Shown here: positions 24,901 to 39,000 of the stretch, piece by piece
How positions within the stretch are numbered: position 1 is the stretch's first letter
Layout: every line of letters starts with the position of its first letter
Origin: Camelus dromedarius
Taxonomy: Eukaryota
NCBI RefSeq assembly: GCF_036321535.1
Contig: NC_087436.1
Coordinates: 868,001 to 932,000, forward strand
Direction of reading: 5' to 3'
DNA: 64,000 nt
Notes under the pieces: model-generated
The model's input: the letters and a program-made list of their open reading frames with translations, nothing else
Told to the model about the DNA's origin: nothing
Database searches by the model: none
Made by a program: the position numbers and the translations under genes

Positions 24901-27479
24901 GGAGACACTTTTTCTCTGCTTTCTCAGTCTGTTTCCTAGTGCCGGTTTGAAGTTCCTGCAGTTTTCACTGTAAAACCGAGTTGGAGTTTCTACCTCCCCA
25001 TATATATGTATGGAATGGAGTTTGCAACTGAAAAGAAACTTTGTGTTCCCAACAAGCTAGGTGAAGGACGGCTTTCACACACTCTTATCTCTCAGAACTG
25101 AGCAAGTGGAGAGACGTTCGTTCATCTAGCACCAAGGGAACGGGTTGCAGGAGACACTTTTTCTCTGCTTTCTCAGTCTGTTTCCTAGTGCCGGTTTGAA
25201 GTTCCTGCAGTTTTCACTGTCAAACCGAGTTGGAGCTTGTACCTCCCCATATATATGTATGGAATGGAGTTTGCAACTGAAAAGAAACTTTGTGTTCCCA
25301 ACAAGCTAGGTGAAGGACGGCTTTCACACACACTTATCTCTCAGAACAGAGCAAGTGGAGAGACGTTCGTTCATCTAGCACCAAGGGAACGGGTTGCAGG
25401 AGACACTTTTTCTCTGCTTTCTCAGTCTGTTTCCTAGTCCCGGTTTGAAGTTCCTGCAGTTTTCACTGTAAAACCGAGTTGGAGCTAGTACCTCCCCATA
25501 TATATGTATGGAATGGAGTTTGCAACTGAAAAGATACTTTGTGTTCCCAACAAGCTAGGTGAAGGACGGCTTTCACACACACTTATCTCTCAGAACTGAG
25601 CAAGTGGAGAGACGTTCGTTCATCTAGCACCAAGGGAACGGTTGCATGGGACACTTTTTCTCTGCTTTCTCAGTCTGTTTCCTAGTGCCGGTTTGAAGTT
25701 CCTGCAGTTTTCACTGTAAAACCGAGTTGGAGCTTCTACCTCCCCATATATATATATGGAATGGAGATTGCAACTGAAAAGAAACTTTGTGTTCCCAACA
25801 AGCTAGGTGAAGTACGGCTTTCACACACACTTAACTCTCAGAACAGAGCAAGTGGAGAGACGTTCGTTCATCTAGCACCAAGGGAACGGGTTGCAGGAGA
25901 CACTTTTTCTCTGCTTTCTCAGTCTGTTTCCTAGTGCCGGTTTGAAGTTCCTGCCGTTTTCACTGTAAAACCGAGTTGGAGCTTCTACCTCCCCATATAT
26001 ATGTATGGAATGGAGTTTGCAACTGAAAAGAAACTTTGTGTTCCCAACAAGCTAGGTGAAGGACGGCTTTCACACGCACTTATCTATCAGAACTGAGCTA
26101 GTGGAGAGACGTTCGTTCATCTAGCACCAAGGGAACGGGTTGCAGGAGACACTTTTTCTCTGCTTTCTCAGTCTGTTTCCTAGTGCCGGTTTGAAGTTCC
26201 TGCAGTTTTCACTGTAAAACCGAGTTGGAGTTTCTACCTCCCCATATATATGTATGGAATGGAGTTTGCAACTGAAAAGAAACTTTGTGTTCCCAACAAG
26301 CTAGGTGAAGGACGGCTTTCACACACTCTTATCTCTCAGAACTGAGCAAGTGGAGAGACGTTCGTTCATCTAGCACCAAGGGAACGGGTTGCAGGAGACA
26401 CTTTTTCTCTGCTTTCTCAGTCTGTTTCCTAGTGCCGGTTTGAAGTTCCTGCAGTTTTCACTGTCAAACCGAGTTGGAGCTTGTACCTCCCCATATATAT
26501 GTATGGAATGGAGTTTGCAACTGAAAAGAAACTTTGTGTTCCCAACAAGCTAGGTGAAGGACGGCTTTCACACACACTTATCTCTCAGAACAGAGCAAGT
26601 GGAGAGACGTTCGTTCATCTAGCACCAAGGGAACGGGTTGCAGGAGACACTTTTTCTCTGCTTTCTCAGTCTGTTTCCTAGTCCCGGTTTGAAGTTCCTG
26701 CAGTTTTCACTGTAAAACCGAGTTGGAGCTAGTACCTCCCCATATATATGTATGGAATGGAGTTTGCAACTGAAAAGATACTTTGTGTTCCCAACAAGCT
26801 AGGTGAAGGACGGCTTTCACACACACTTATCTCTCAGAACTGAGCAAGTGGAGAGACGTTCGTTCATCTAGCACCAAGGGAACGGGTTGCAGGAGACACT
26901 TTTTCTCTGCTTTCTCAGTCTGTTTCCTAGTGACGGTTTGAATTTCCTTCAGATTTCACTGTAAAACCGAGTTGGAGCTGGTACATCCCCATATATATGT
27001 ATGGAATGGAGTTTGCAACTGAAAAGAAACTTTGTGTTCCCAACAAGCTAGGTGAAGGACGGCTTTCACACACACTTATCTCTCCGAACTGAGCAAGTGG
27101 AGAGACGTTCGTTCATCTAGCACCAAGGGAACGGGTTGCAGGAGACACTTTTTCTCTGCTTTCTCAGTCTGTTTCCTAGTGCCGGTTTGAAGTTCCTGCA
27201 GTTTTCACTGTAAAACCGAGTTGGAGCTAGTACCTCCCCATATATATGTATGGAATGGAGTTTGCAACTGAAAAGAAACTTTGTGTTCCCAACAAGCTAG
27301 GTGAAATACGGCTTTCACACACTCTTATCTCTCAGAACTGAGCAAGTGGAGAGACGTTCGTTCATCTAGCACCAAGGGAACGGGTTGCAGGAGACACTTT
27401 TTCTCTGCTTTCTCAGTCTGTTTCCTAGTGCCGGTTTGAAGTTCCTGCAGTTTTCACTGTCAAACCGAGTTGGAGCTTG

Positions 27480-30440
27480 TACCTCCCCGTATATATGTAT
27501 GGAATGGAGTTTGCAACTGAAAAGAAACTTTGTGTTCCCAACAAGCTAGGTGAAGGACGGCTTTCACACGCACATATCTCTCAGAACTGAGCAAGTGGAG
27601 AGATGTTCGTTCATCTAGCACCAAGGGAACGGGTTGCAGGAGACACTTTTTCTCTGCTTTCTCAGTCTGTTTCCTAGTGCCGGTTTGAAGTTCCTGCAGT
27701 TTTCATTGACAAACCGATTTGGAGCTAGTATCTCCCCATATATAAGTATGGAACGGAGTTTACAACTGAAAAGAAACTTTGTGTTCCCAACAAGCTAGGT
27801 GAAGGACGGCTTTCACACACACTTATCTCTCAGAACAGAGCAATTGGAGAGACGTTCGTTCATCTAGCACCAAGAGAACGGGTTGCAGGAGACACTTTTT
27901 CTCTGCTTTCTCAGTCTGTTTCCTAGTGCCGGTTTGAAGTTCCTGCAGTTTTCACTGTCAAACCGAGTTGGAGCTTGTACCTCCCCATATATATGTATGG
28001 AATGGAGTTTGCAACTGAAAAGAAACTTTGTGTTCCCAACAAGCTAGGTGAAGGACGGCTTTCACACGCACATATCTCTCAGAACTGAGCAAGTGGAGAG
28101 ATGTTCGTTCATCTAGCACCAAGGGAACGGGTTGCAGGAGACACTTTTTCTCTGCTTTCTCAGTCTGTTTCCTAGTGCCGGTTTGAAGTTCCTGCAGTTT
28201 TCATTGACAAACCGATTTGGAGCTAGTATCTCCCCATATATAAGTATGGAACGGAGTTTACAACTGAAAAGAAACTTTGTGTTCCCAACAAGCTAGGTGA
28301 AGGACGGCTTTCACACACACTTATCTCTCAGAACAGAGCAATTGGAGAGACGTTCGTTCATCTAGCACCAAGAGAACGGGTTGCAGGAGACACTTTTTCT
28401 CTGCTTTCTCAGTCTGTTTCCTAGTGCCGTTTTGAAGTTCCTGCAGTTTTCACTGTAAAACCGAGTTGGAGCTTCTACCTCCCCATATATATGTATGGAA
28501 TGGAGTTTGCAACTGAAAAGAAACTTTGTGTTCCCAAAAAGCTAGGAGAAGGACGGCTTTCACACGCACCTATCTCTCAGAACTGAGCAAGTGGAGAGAT
28601 GTTCGTTCATCTAGCACCAAGGGAACGGGTTGAAGGAGACACTATTTCTCTGTTTCTCACTATGTTTCCTATTGCCGGTTTGAAGTTCCTGCAGTTTTCA
28701 CTGTAAAACCGAGTTGGAGCTAGTACCTCACCATATATATGTATGGAATGGAGTTTGCAACTGAAAAGAAACTTTGTGTTCCCAACAAGCTAGGTGAAGA
28801 ACGGCTTTCACACACACTTATCTCTCAGAACTGAGCAAGTGGAGAGACGTTCGTTCATCTAGCACCAAGGGAACGGGTTGCAGGAGACACTTTTTCTCTG
28901 CTTTCTCAGTCTGTTTCCTAGTGACGGTTTGAATTTCCTTCAGATTTCACTGTAAAACCGAGTTGGAGCTTGTACCTCCCCGTATATATGTATGGAATGG
29001 AGTTTGCAACTGAAAAGAAACTTTGTGTTCCCAACAAGCTAGGTGAAGGACGGCTTTCACACGCACATATCTCTCAGAACTGAGCAAGTGGAGAGATGTT
29101 CGTTCATCTAGCACCAAGGGAACGGGTTGCAGGAGACACTTTTTCTCTGCTTTCTCAGTCTGTTTCCTAGTGCCGGTTTGAAGTTCCTGCAGTTTTCATT
29201 GACAAACCGATTTGGAGCTAGTATCTCCCCATATATAAGTATGGAACGGAGTTTACAACTGAAAAGAAACTTTGTGTTCCCAACAAGCTAGGTGAAGGAC
29301 GGCTTTCACACACACTTATCTCTCAGAACAGAGCAATTGGAGAGACGTTCGTTCATCTAGCACCAAGAGAACGGGTTGCAGGAGACACTTTTTCTCTGCT
29401 TTCTCAGTCTGTTTCCTAGTGCCGGTTTGAAGTTCCTGCAGTTTTCACTGTCAAACCGAGTTGGAGCTTGTACCTCCCCATATATATGTATGGAATGGAG
29501 TTTGCAACTGAAAAGAAACTTTGTGTTCCCAACAAGCTAGGTGAAGGACGGCTTTCACACGCACATATCTCTCAGAACTGAGCAAGTGGAGAGATGTTCG
29601 TTCATCTAGCACCAAGGGAACGGGTTGCAGGAGACACTTTTTCTCTGCTTTCTCAGTCTGTTTCCTAGTGCCGGTTTGAAGTTCCTGCAGTTTTCATTGA
29701 CAAACCGATTTGGAGCTAGTATCTCCCCATATATAAGTATGGAACGGAGTTTACAACTGAAAAGAAACTTTGTGTTCCCAACAAGCTAGGTGAAGGACGG
29801 CTTTCACACACACTTATCTCTCAGAACAGAGCAATTGGAGAGACGTTCGTTCATCTAGCACCAAGAGAACGGGTTGCAGGAGACACTTTTTCTCTGCTTT
29901 CTCAGTCTGTTTCCTAGTGCCGTTTTGAAGTTCCTGCAGTTTTCACTGTAAAACCGAGTTGGAGCTTCTACCTCCCCATATATATGTATGGAATGGAGTT
30001 TGCAACTGAAAAGAAACTTTGTGTTCCCAAAAAGCTAGGAGAAGGACGGCTTTCACACGCACCTATCTCTCAGAACTGAGCAAGTGGAGAGATGTTCGTT
30101 CATCTAGCACCAAGGGAACGGGTTGAAGGAGACACTATTTCTCTGTTTCTCACTATGTTTCCTATTGCCGGTTTGAAGTTCCTGCAGTTTTCACTGTAAA
30201 ACCGAGTTGGAGCTAGTACCTCACCATATATATGTATGGAATGGAGTTTGCAACTGAAAAGAAACTTTGTGTTCCCAACAAGCTAGGTGAAGGACGGCTT
30301 TCACACACACTTATCTCTCAGAACTGAGCAAGTGGAGAGACGTTCGTTCATCTAGCACCAAGGGAACGGGTTGCAGGAGACACTTTTTCTCTGCTTTCTC
30401 AGTCTGTTTCCTAGTGACGGTTTGAATTTCCTTCAGATTT
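27480..30440. repeat. 6-monomer tandem duplication, period 1493 bp
   Basis: The CCCCGTATA variant is at 27489/28982. The divergent monomer TGAAGGAGACACTATTTCTCTGTTTCTCACTATG is at 28631/30124. Confidence 0.88.
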
Positions 30441-31849
30441 CACTGTAAAACCGATTTGGAGCTGGTACCTCCCCATATATATGTATGGAATGGAGTTTGC
30501 AACTGAAAAGAAACTTTGTGTTCCCAAAAAGATAGGTGAAGGACGGCTTTCACACACACTTATCTCTCCGAACTGAGCAAGTGGAGAGACGTTCGTTCAT
30601 CTAGCACCAAGGGAACGGGTTGCAGGAGACACTTATTCTCTGCTTTCTCAGTCTGTTTCCTAGTGCCGGTTTGAAGTTCCTGCAGTTTTCATTGACAAAC
30701 CGATTTGGAGCTAGTATCTCCCCATATATAAGTATGGAACGGAGTTTACAACTGAAAAGAAACTTTGTGTTCCCAACAAGCTAGGTGAAGGACGGCTTTC
30801 ACACAAACTTATCTCTCAGAACAGAGCAATTGGAGAGACGTTCGTTCATCTAGCACCAAGAGAACGGGTTGCAGGAGACACTTTTTCTCTGCTTTCTCAG
30901 TCTGTTTCCTAGTGCCGGTTTGAAGTTCCTGCAGTTTTCACTGTCAAACCGAGTTGGAGCTTGTACCTCCCCATATATATGTATGGAATGGAGTTTGCAA
31001 CTGAAAAGAAACTTTGTGTTCCCAACAAGCTAGGTGAAGGACGGCTTTCACACGCACATATCTCTCAGAACTGAGCAAGTGGAGAGACGTTCGTTCATCT
31101 AGCACCAGGGAACGGGTTGCAGGAGACACTTTTTCTCTGCTTCCTCAGTCTGTTTCCTAGTGCCGGTTTGAAGTTCCTGCAGTTTTCACTGTAAAACAGA
31201 GTTGGAGCTTGTACCTCCCCATATATATGTATGGAATGGAGTTTGCAACTGAAAAGAAACTTTGTGTTCCCAACAAGCTAGGTGAAGGACGGCTTTCACA
31301 CACACTTATCTCTCAGAACTGAGCAAGTGGAGAGACGTTCGTTCATCTAGCACCAAGGGAACGGGTTGCAGGACACACTTTTTCTCTGCTTTCTCAGTCT
31401 GTTTCCTAGTGCCGGTTTGAAGTTCCTGCAGTTTTCACTGTAAAACCGAGTTGGAGCTTCTACCTCCCCATATATATATATGGAATGGAGTTTGCAACTG
31501 AAAAGAAACTTTGTGTTCCCAACAAGCTAGGTGAAGTACGGCTTTCACACACACTTATCTCTCAGAAAAGAGCAAGTGGAGAGACGTTCGTTCATCTAGC
31601 ACCAAGGGAACGGGTTGCAGGAGACACTTTTTCTCTGCTTTCTCAGTCTGTTTCCTAGTGCCGGTTTGAAGTTCCTGCAGTTTTCACTGTCAAACCGAGT
31701 TGGAGCTAGTACCTCCCCATATATATGTATGGAATGGAGTTTGCAACTGAAAAGAAACTTTGTGTTCCCAACAAGCTAGGTGAAGGACGGCTTTCACACA
31801 CACTTATCTCTCAGAACTGAGCAAGTGGAGAGACGTTCGTTCATCTAGC

Positions 31850-34800
31850 ACCAGGGAACGGGTTGCAGGAGACACTTTTTCTCTGCTTCCTCAGTCTGTT
31901 TCCTAGTGCCGGTTTGAAGTTCCTGCAGTTTTCACTGTAAAACCGAGTTGGAGCTTGTACCTCCCCATATATATGTATGGAATGGAGTTTGCAACTGAAA
32001 AGAAACTTTGTGTTCCCAACAAGCTAGGTGAAGGACGGCTTTCACACACACTTATCTCTCAGAACTGAGCAAGTGGAGAGACGTTCGTTCATCTAGCACC
32101 AAGGGAACGGTTGCATGGGACACTTTTTCTCTGCTTTCTCAGTCTGTTTCCTAGTGCCGGTTTGAAGTTCCTGCAGTTTTCACTGTAAAACCGAGTTGGA
32201 GCTTCTACCTCCCCATATATATATATGGAATGGAGTTTGCAACTGAAAAGAAACTTTGTGTTCCCAACAATCTAGGTGAAGTACGGCTTTCACACACACT
32301 TATCTCTCAGAACAGAGCAAGTGGAGAGACGTTCGTTCATCTAGCACCAAGGGAACGGGTTGCAGGAGACACTTTTTCTCTGCTTTCTCAGTCTGTTTCC
32401 TAGTGCCGGTTTGAAGTTCCTGCAGTTTTCACTGTCAAACCGAGTTGGAGCTAGTACCTCCCCATATATATGTATGGAATGGAGTTTGCAACTGAAAAGA
32501 AACTTTGTGTTCCCAACAAGCTAGGTGAAGGACGGCTTTCACACACACTTATCTCTCAGAACTGAGCAAGTGGAGAGACGTTCGTTCATCTAGCACCAAG
32601 GGAACGGGTTGCAGGAGACACTTTTTCTCTGCTTCCTCAGTCTGTTTCCTAGTGCCGGTTTGAAGTTCCTTCAGTTTTCACTGTAAAATCGAGTTGGAGC
32701 TTCTACCTCCTCATATATATGTATGGAATGGAGTTTGCAACTGAAAAGAAACTTTGTGTTCCCAAAAAGCAAGGTGAAGGACTGCTTTCACACACACTTA
32801 TCTCTCAGAACTGAGCAAGTGGAGAGACGTTCGTTCATCTAGAACCAAGGGAACGGGTTGCTGGAGACACTTATTCTCTGCTTTCTCAGTCTGTTTCCTA
32901 GTGCCGGTTTGAAGTTCCTGCAGTTTTCACTGTAAAACCGAGTTGGAGCTTGTACCTCCCCATATATATGTATGGAATGGAGTTTGCAACTGAAAAGAAA
33001 CTTTGTGTTCCCAACAAGCTAGGTGAAGGACGGCTTTCACACACACTTATCTTTCAGAACTAAGCAAGTGGAGAGATGTTCGTTCATATAGCACCAAGGG
33101 AACGGGTTGCAGGGGACATTTTTCTCTGCTTTCTCAGTCTGTTTCCTAGTGCCGGTTTGAAGTTCCTGCAGTTTTCACTGTAAAACCGAGTTGGAGCTTC
33201 TACCACCCCATATATATGTATGGAATGGAGTTTGCAACTGAAAAGAAACTCTGTGTTCCCAACAAGCTAGGTGAAGGACGGCTTTCACACACACTTACCT
33301 CTCAGAACTGAGCAAGTGGAGAGAAGTTCGTTCATCTAGCACCAAGGGAACGGGTTGAAGGAGACACTTTTTCTCTGCTTTCTCAGTCTGTTTCCTAGTG
33401 CCGGTTAGAAGTTCCTGCAGTTTTCACTGTCTAACCGAGTTGGAGCTAGTACTTCCCCATATATATGTATGGAATTGAGTTTGCAACTGAAAAGAAACTT
33501 TGTGTTCCCAACAAGCTAGGTGAAGTACGGCTTTCACACACAATTATCTCTCAGAACTGAGCAAGTGGAGAGACGTTCGTTCATCTAGCACCAAGGGAAC
33601 GGGTTGCAGGAGACACTTTTTCTCTGCTTCCTCAGTCTGTTTCCTAGTGCCGGTTTGAAGTTCCTGCAGTTTTCACTGTCAAACCGAGTTGGAGCTTCTA
33701 CCTCCCCATATATATGTATGGAATGGAGTTTGCAACTGAAAAGAAACTTTGTGTTCCCAACAAGCTAGGTGAAGGACGGCTTTCACACACACTTATCTCT
33801 CAGAACTGAGCAAGTGGAAAGACGTTCGTTCATCTAGCACCAGGGAACGGGTTGCAGGAGACACTTTTTCTCTGCTTCCTCAGTCTGTTTCCTAGAGCCG
33901 GTTTGAAGTTCCTGCAGTTTTCACTGTAAAACCGAGTTGGAGCTTGTACCTCCCCATATAAATGTATGGAATGGAGTTTGCAACTGAAAAGAAACTTTGT
34001 GTTCCCAACAAGCTAGGTGAAGTAAGGCTTTCACACACACTTATCTCTCAGAACTGAGCAAGTGGAGAGACGTTCGTTCATCTAGCACCAAGGGAACGGT
34101 TGCATGGGACACTTTTTCTCTGCTTTCTCAGTCTGTTTCCTAGTGCCGGTTTGAAGTTCCTGCAGTTTTCACTGTAAAACCGAGTTGGAGCTTCTACCTC
34201 CCCATATATATATATGGAATGGAGTTTGCAACTGAAAAGAAACTTTGTGTTCCCAACAAGCTAGGTGAAGTACGGCTTTCACACACACTTATCTCTCAGA
34301 ACAGAGCAAGTGGAGAGACGTTCGTTCATCTAGCACCAAGGGAACGGGTTGCAGGAGACACTTTTTCTCTGCTTTCTCAGTCTGTTTCCTAGTGCCGGTT
34401 TGAAGTTCCTGCAGTTTTCACTGTCAAACCGAGTTGGAGCTAGTACCTCCCCATATATATGTATGGAATGGAGTTTGCAACTGAAAAGAAACTTTGCGTT
34501 CCCAACAAGCTAGGTGAAGGACGGCTTTCACACACACTTATCTCTCAGAACTGAGCAAGTGGAGAGACGTTCGTTCATCTAGCACCAAGGGAACGGGTTG
34601 CAGGAGACACTTTTTCTCTGCTTCCTCAGTCTGTTTCCTAGTGCCGGTTTGAAGTTCCTTCAGTTTTCACTGTAAAATCGAGTTGGAGCTTCTACCTCCT
34701 CATATATATGTATGGAATGGAGTTTGCAACTGAAAAGAAACTTTGTGTTCCCAAAAAGCAAGGTGAAGGACTGCTTTCACACACACTTATCTCTCAGAAC

Positions 34801-35820
34801 TGAGCAAGTGGAGAGACGTTCGTTCATCTAGAACCAAGGGAACGGGTTGCTGGAGACACTTATTCTCTGCTTTCTCAGTCTGTTTCCTAGTGCCGGTTTG
34901 AAGTTCCTGCAGTTTTCACTGTAAAACCGAGTTGGAGCTTGTACCTCCCCATATATATGTATGGAATGGAGTTTGCAACTGAAAAGAAACTTTGTGTTCC
35001 CAACAAGCTAGGTGAAGGACGGCTTTCACACACACTTATCTTTCAGAACTTAGCAAGTGGAGAGATGTTCTTTCATATAGCACCAAGGGAACGGGTTGCA
35101 GGGGACATTTTTCTCTGCTTTCTCAGTCTGTTTCCTAGTGCCGGTTTGAGGTTCCTGCAGTTTTCACTGTAAAACCGAGTTGGAGCTTCTACCACCCCAT
35201 ATATATGTATGGAATGGAGTTTGCAACTGAAAAGAAACTCTGTGTTCCCAACAAGCTAGGTGAAGGACGGCTTTCACACACACTTACCTCTCAGAACTGA
35301 GCAAGTGGAGAGAAGTTCGTTCATATAGCACCAAGGGAACGGGTTGAAGGAGACACTTTTTCTCTGCTTTCTCAGTCTGTTTCCTAGTGCCGGTTAGAAG
35401 TTCCTGCAGTTTTCACTGTCTAACCGAGTTGGAGCTAGTACTTCCCCATATATATGTATGGAATGGAGTTTGCAACTGAAAAGAAACTTTGTGTTCCCAA
35501 CAAGCTAGGTGAAGTACGGCTTTCACACACAATTATCTCTCAGAACTGAGCAAGTGGAGAGACGTTCGTTCATCTAGCACCAAGGGAACGGGTTGCAGGA
35601 GACACTTTTTCTCTGCTTCCTCTGTCTGTTTCCTAGTGCCGGTTTGAAGTTCCTGCAGTTTTCACTGTCAAACCGAGTTGGAGCTTCTACCTCCCCATAT
35701 ATATGTATGGAATGGAGTTTGCAACTGAAAAGAAACTTTGTGTTCCCAACAAGCTAGGTGAAGGACGGCTTTCACACACACTTATCTCTCAGAACTGAGC
35801 AAGTGGAGAGACGTTCGTTC
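31850..35820. repeat. 8-monomer tandem duplication, period 1989 bp (different monomer set from the 20.4-24.9 kb 8-mer)
   Basis: CACCAGGG at 31849/33838, GCATGGG at 32113/34102, and the AAAATCGAG variant at 32688/34677. Confidence 0.88.
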
Positions 35821-36019
35821 ATCTAGCACCAAGGGAACGGGTTGCAGGGGACACTTTTTCTCTGCTTTCTCAGTCTGTTTCCTAGTGCCGGTTTGAAGTT
35901 CCTGCAGTTTGCACTGTAAAACCGAGTTGGAGCTTCTACCTCCGCATATATATGTATGGAATGGAGTTTGCAACTGAAAAGAAACTTTGTGTTCCCAACA
36001 AGCTAGTTGAAGGACGGCT

Positions 36020-39000
36020 TTCACACACACTTATCTCTCAGAACAGAGCAAGTGGAGAGACGTTCGTTCATCTATCACCAAGGGAACGGGTTGCAGGAGA
36101 CACTTTTTCTCTGTTTTCTCAGTCTGTTTCCTAGTGCCGGTTTGAAGTTCCTGCAGTTTTCACTGTCAAACCGAGTTGGAGCTAGTACCTCAACATATAT
36201 ATGTATGGAATTGAGTTGGCAACTGAAAAGAAACTTTGTGTTCATAACAAGCTAGGTGAAGGACGGCTTTCACACACACTGATCTCTCAGAACTGAGCAA
36301 GTGGAGAGACGTTCTTTCATGTAGCACCAAGGGAACTGGTTGCAGGAGACACTTTTTCTCTGCTTCCTCAGTCTGTTTCCTAGTGCCGGTTAGAAGTTCC
36401 TGCAGTTTTCACTGTAAAACCGAGTTGGAGCTTGTACCTCCCCATATATATGTATGGAATGGAGTTTGCAACTGAAAAGAAACTTTGTGTTCCCAACAAG
36501 CTAGGTGAAGGACGGCTTTCACACACACTTATCTCTCAGAACTGAGCAAGTGGAGAGACGTTCGTTCATCTAGCACCAAGGGAACGGGTTGCAGGAGACA
36601 CTTTTTCTCTGCTTTCTCAGTCTGTTTCCTAGTGCCGGTTAGAAGTTCCTGCAGTTTTCACTGTCAAACCGAGTTGGAGCTAGTACTTCCCCATATATAT
36701 GTATGGAATGGAGTTTGCAACTGAAAAGAAACTTTGTGTTCCCAACAAGCTAGGTGAAGTACGGCTTTCACACACACTTATCTCTCAGAACTGAGCAAGT
36801 GGAGAGACGTTCGTTCATCTAGCACCAAGGGAACGGGTTGCAGGGGACACTTTTTCTCTGCTTCCTCAGTCTGTTTCCTAGTGCCGGTTTGAAGTTCCTG
36901 CAGTTTTCACTGTAAAACCGAGTTGGAGCTTCTACCTCCCCATATATATGTATGGAATGGAGTTTGCAACTCAAAAGAAACTTTGTGTTCCCAACAAGCT
37001 AGGTGAATGACGGCTTTCACACACACTTATCTCTCAGAACTGAGCAAGTGGAGAGACGTTCGTTCATCTAGCACCAAGGGAACGGGTTGCAGGAGACACT
37101 TTTTCTCTGCTTTCTCAGTCTGTTTCCTAGTGCCGGATTGAAGTTCCTGCAGTTTTCACTGTCAAACCGCGTTGGAGCTAGTACCTCCCCATATATATGT
37201 ATGGAATGGCGTTTGCAACTGAAAAGAAACTTTGTGTTCCCAACAAGCTAGGTGAAGGGCGGCTTTCACACACACTTATCTCTCAGAACTGAGCAAGTGG
37301 AGAGACGTTCGTTCATCTAGCACGAAGGGAACGGGTTGCGGGAGACACTTTTTCTCTGCTTTCTCAGTCTGTTTCCTAGGGCCGGTTTGAAGTTCCTGCA
37401 GTTTTCACTGTAAAACCGAGTTGGAGCTTCTACCTCCCCATATATATGTATGGAATGGAGTTTGCAACTGAAAAGAAACTTTGTGTTCCCAACAAGCTAT
37501 GTGAAGGACGGCTTTCACACACATTTATCTCTCAGAACTGAGCAAGTGGAGAGACGTTCGTTCATGTAACACAAAGGGAACGGGTTGCAGGAGACACTTT
37601 TTCTCTGCTTTCTCAGTCTGTTTCCTAGTGCCGCTTTGAAGTTCCTGCAGTTTTCACTGTCAAACCGAGTTGGAGCTAGTACCTCCCCATATATATGTAT
37701 GGAATGGAGTTTGCAACTGAAAAGAAACTTTGTGTTCCCAACAAGCTAGGTGAAGGACGGCTTTCACACACACTTATCTCTCAGAACTGAGCAAGTGGAG
37801 AGACGTTCATTCATGTAGCACAAAGGGAACGGGTTGCAGGAGACACTTTTTCTCTGCTTTCTCAGTCTGTTTCCTAGTGCCGGTTTGAAGTTCCTGCAGT
37901 TTTCACTCTCAAACCGAGTTGGAGCTAGTACCTCCCCATATATATGTATGGAATTGAGTTGGCAACTGAAAAGAAACTTTGTGTTCCCAACAAGCAAGGT
38001 GAAGGACGGCTTTCACACACACTTATCTCTCAGAACTGAGCAAGTGGAGAGACGTTCTTTCATGTAGCTCCAATGGAACGGGTTGCAGGAGACACTTTTT
38101 CTCTGCTTCCTCAGTCTGTTTCCTAGTGCCGGTTTGAAGTTCCTGCAGTTTTCACTGTAAAACCGAGTTGGAGCTTGTACCTCCCCATATATATGTATGG
38201 AATGGAGTTTGCAACTGAAAAGAAACTTTGTGTTCCCAACAAGCTAGGTGAAGGACGGCTTTCACACGCACATATCTCTCAGAACTGAGCAAGTGGAGAG
38301 ATGTTCGTTCATCTAGCACCAAGGGAACGGGTTGCAGGAGACACTTTTTCCCTGCTTTCTAAGTCTGTTTCCTAGTGCCGGTTTGAAGTTCCTGCAGTTT
38401 TCATTGTCAAACCGATTTGGAGCTAGTATCTCCCCATATATAAGTATGGAATGGAGTTTACAACTGAAAAGAAACTTTGTGTTCCCAACAAGCTTGGTGA
38501 AGTGCGGCTTTCACACACACTTATCTCTCAGAACTGAGCAAGTGGAGAGACGTTCGTTCATCCAGCACCAAGGGAACGGGTTGCAGGAGACACTTTTTCT
38601 CTGCTTTCTCAGTCTGTTTCCTAGTGCCGGTTTGAAGTTCCTGCAGTTATCACTGTAAAACCGAGTTGGAGCTTGTACCTCCCCATATATATGTATGGAA
38701 TGGAGTTTGCAACTGAAAAGAAACTTTGTGTTCCCAACAATCTAGGTGAAGGGCGGCTTTCACACACACTTATCTCTCAGAACTGAGCAAGTGGAGAGAC
38801 GTTCGTTCATCTAGCACCAAGGGAACGGGTTGCAGGAGACACTTTTTCTCTGTTTTCTCAGTCTGTTTCCTAGTGCCGGTTTGATGTTCCTGCAGTTTTC
38901 ACTGTGAAACCGATTTGGAGCTTCTACTTCCCCATATATATGTATGGAATGGAGTTTGCAACTGAAAAGAAACTTTGTGTTCCCAACAAGCAAGGTGAAG

